The notes below the pieces were generated by a model, which was not told the DNA's origin, ran no database searches, and saw only the letters and a program-made list of their open reading frames with translations. Shown in pieces: positions 62,162-64,000 of a stretch of 64,000 bases of DNA. Origin of the DNA: a virus; IMG/VR virus record IMGVR_UViG_3300030012_002072, positions 11,570 to 75,569 of that record; one strand, written 5' to 3'. The first letter of the stretch is position 1, and each line of letters begins with the position of its first letter. Both the position numbers and the translations under genes were made by a program.

Positions 62162-63939
62162 ATAAAATTATCACAATAGTACTATTTATGGGATTGCTAA
62201 TATGGAATCCTGGTATCATGCAAAGAGTCGAACTAATTGGTTACGACTACTTAATTATGAATACTGAACCAGTACAGAACGAAAACATTCTTATTGTAGA
62301 CCTTGATGAAGATTTACTTAAGACTTACGGGGGTTGGCCACTACCAAGGTCTCTCTATGGAGATTTGATAACAACTACAAATGCCATAGCGGGATTTACA
62401 GTACTGATGCCAAACCCTGACATTCGTGGCAAAGACTATGATAAATACTTTGCCATGAGAATGGAATACCAAGCAACAGTCCTTGCTTCAGCAGCATCGA
62501 CACAAGTTACTGGGATTAATCCTCATGTAGGAACTGCCCAGATAGGAGAAGACCCAACACCATGGCTATATCAATACCCAGGAATTTTACCTACCGCGTC
62601 TACGCTGGAGTCAAGCGCAAGGGGACTCGGACTAGTAACCGCTACACCGGAACTAGACGGGGTTACTCGTCGTATTCCCCTAGTCGCAAGCGTAGAGTCA
62701 AAACTTTACCCAAGCTTCGCACTAGAACTCTTAAGAGTCGCCGTGTCAGACCCGTCGTACCAGTTAAAAACAACAAAAGAAGGCGTTTCTTGGGTTAGAA
62801 TACCAAACTACCCATTAATGAATACAGATGCGAATGGTCGTATCTTTTTGAACTGGAATACTAAATTTTACAAACAAACAGGATTGGAGTTTTTAGAAAA
62901 CCCTATAGATGCTCCCTTTGTTATATTCGGCACGACTGCAGAGGGTATAACAAATCCTGTGCCGACCCCTGCGGGGGCTAAATACCCACATGAAATACAA
63001 GCAAACGTTTTACATAATCTTATTACTGGGACTGCTCCTAGCCAACCAACTTGGGCACCAGGAGTTGAAATACTTGGAACCTTCCTCGGATTACTACTTC
63101 TCGCCTTTGCCACAAGGAGTGTGTATCTCTCAATCCCAACCCTCGGACTTATTATCGGCGGTAGTTTATATGGAGCCTGGCATTTATATAAATCTTCCTA
63201 CTTGTTCGATGTTAGCGGTATCGTAATTATCTGCATTGGGTTTTGGAGTATTCATACATTCCTGAGTTTCTTATCCGAGTATCGTCAGAAACTTCGAATC
63301 AAACAACAATTTGGCACGTACGTTAGTCCCGACCTGGTTAAAAAACTCCAGGAAGACCCATCATTACTGAGATTGGGTGGGTCGACAGAACGACTCACTT
63401 TTCTTTTTTCGGATATACGAGGATTTACCCCCATCTCTGAAAAATACCAGAAGAATCCACAAGGACTTACTAATCTGATAAATCGATTCCTCGACAATCA
63501 GACTCAGATAATTCTCAAGCATGGAGGTACAATAGATAAATACATGGGAGACTGCATCATGGCATTTTGGGGTGCTCCTCTTCCAGATGAAAATCATAAA
63601 CAAAATGCAACAGCAGCACTTGTAGAAATGAGAAGTGCTTTGGAGGAATTAAATGAAAGACTCAGAGAAGAAGGCTTGGATACGATTAATACAGGAGCGG
63701 GAATCAACTCGGGGCTATGTGTCGTCGGAAACTTTGGTAGCAGTAATCGTTTTGATTACAGCGTCCTTGGCGATAGTGTCAATCTGGCTGCTAGGTTAGA
63801 ATCAAGTTGCAAAAATTATGATGTAGACAATGTGATTTCTGAGTACAGTTTGGTTGATGGTTATGATTACGACTATCTTGACGAAGTGACTGTAAAAGGT
63901 AAGTCTGAACCTGTAAAAATCTATACCATACGAAAATAG
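62155..63939 (+). CDS. CHASE2-domain class III adenylate cyclase
   Basis: GGWPLPR, DGVTRR.PL, 3 TM, FSDIRGFT, DKYMGD, DYSVLGDSVNLAARLE. Confidence 0.93.
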   Translation: MLNKIITIVLFMGLLIWNPGIMQRVELIGYDYLIMNTEPVQNENILIVDLDEDLLKTYGGWPLPRSLYGDLITTTNAIAGFTVLMPNPDIRGKDYDKYFAMRMEYQATVLASAASTQVTGINPHVGTAQIGEDPTPWLYQYPGILPTASTLESSARGLGLVTATPELDGVTRRIPLVASVESKLYPSFALELLRVAVSDPSYQLKTTKEGVSWVRIPNYPLMNTDANGRIFLNWNTKFYKQTGLEFLENPIDAPFVIFGTTAEGITNPVPTPAGAKYPHEIQANVLHNLITGTAPSQPTWAPGVEILGTFLGLLLLAFATRSVYLSIPTLGLIIGGSLYGAWHLYKSSYLFDVSGIVIICIGFWSIHTFLSFLSEYRQKLRIKQQFGTYVSPDLVKKLQEDPSLLRLGGSTERLTFLFSDIRGFTPISEKYQKNPQGLTNLINRFLDNQTQIILKHGGTIDKYMGDCIMAFWGAPLPDENHKQNATAALVEMRSALEELNERLREEGLDTINTGAGINSGLCVVGNFGSSNRFDYSVLGDSVNLAARLESSCKNYDVDNVISEYSLVDGYDYDYLDEVTVKGKSEPVKIYTIRK

Positions 63940-63942
63940 TAC

Positions 63943-63971
63943 TTGACATGAGGTACGATTTTTGATATAAT
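63943..63971 (+). promoter_or_regulatory. sigma70-type promoter of the next operon
   Basis: TTGACA (63943-63948), 17 nt, TATAAT (63966-63971). Confidence 0.85.
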
Positions 63972-64000
63972 TAATCATGTATAAAGTTATACAAAGAAAA

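Noticed and set aside
333-63939. Stop-codon reassignment, inteins or introns in core genes
   Set aside because: Polymerase, helicases, NrdA/B and ligase are uninterrupted and of expected length under the standard code

Overview
This window is about 64 kb of an AT-rich T5-like (Demerecviridae-related) siphophage genome, probably marine and probably infecting a proteobacterium (host is inference). Read on the minus strand it follows the T5 gene order: putative terminal-repeat / first-step-transfer region (~51.3-56.5 kb), early genes, lysis cassette, D2-D3, split NAD ligase A/B, D5, D6 helicase, primase, family A polymerase, D10-D15 and nrdAB. The small terminase subunit points away on the plus strand at 56.6 kb. 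The core is packed with accessory enzymes: GT29/GT8/GT2-like glycosyltransferases, cytidylyltransferase, asparagine-synthetase-like amidotransferase, an APS-kinase fusion, sulfotransferases, two QueC-like proteins, carbamoyltransferase, radical SAM, GNAT, several 2OG-Fe(II) oxygenases, a miniature DapF, cytochrome c, peroxiredoxin, Hsp20, bS21, PPK2 and IscU/IscA. The strongest leads are: (1) a ~975-nt, ORF-free, heavily base-paired RNA at 48904-49880 (minus) with its own consensus promoter and terminator, next to a tRNA-like element with a shrunken anticodon arm; (2) a late-region operon joining CsgF/CsgG/curlin-like genes to a FecR protein and a CHASE2 adenylate cyclase; (3) a putative terminal-repeat region loaded with DnaA boxes, a Fur box, a SlmA-like site, gene-less promoters, repeats and palindromes; (4) widespread leaderless transcripts alongside a phage bS21; (5) an expanded A2/D3-like DNA-binding family that includes domain-only minis and dual-start isoforms. 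All calls come from reading motifs by eye; no database searches were run.
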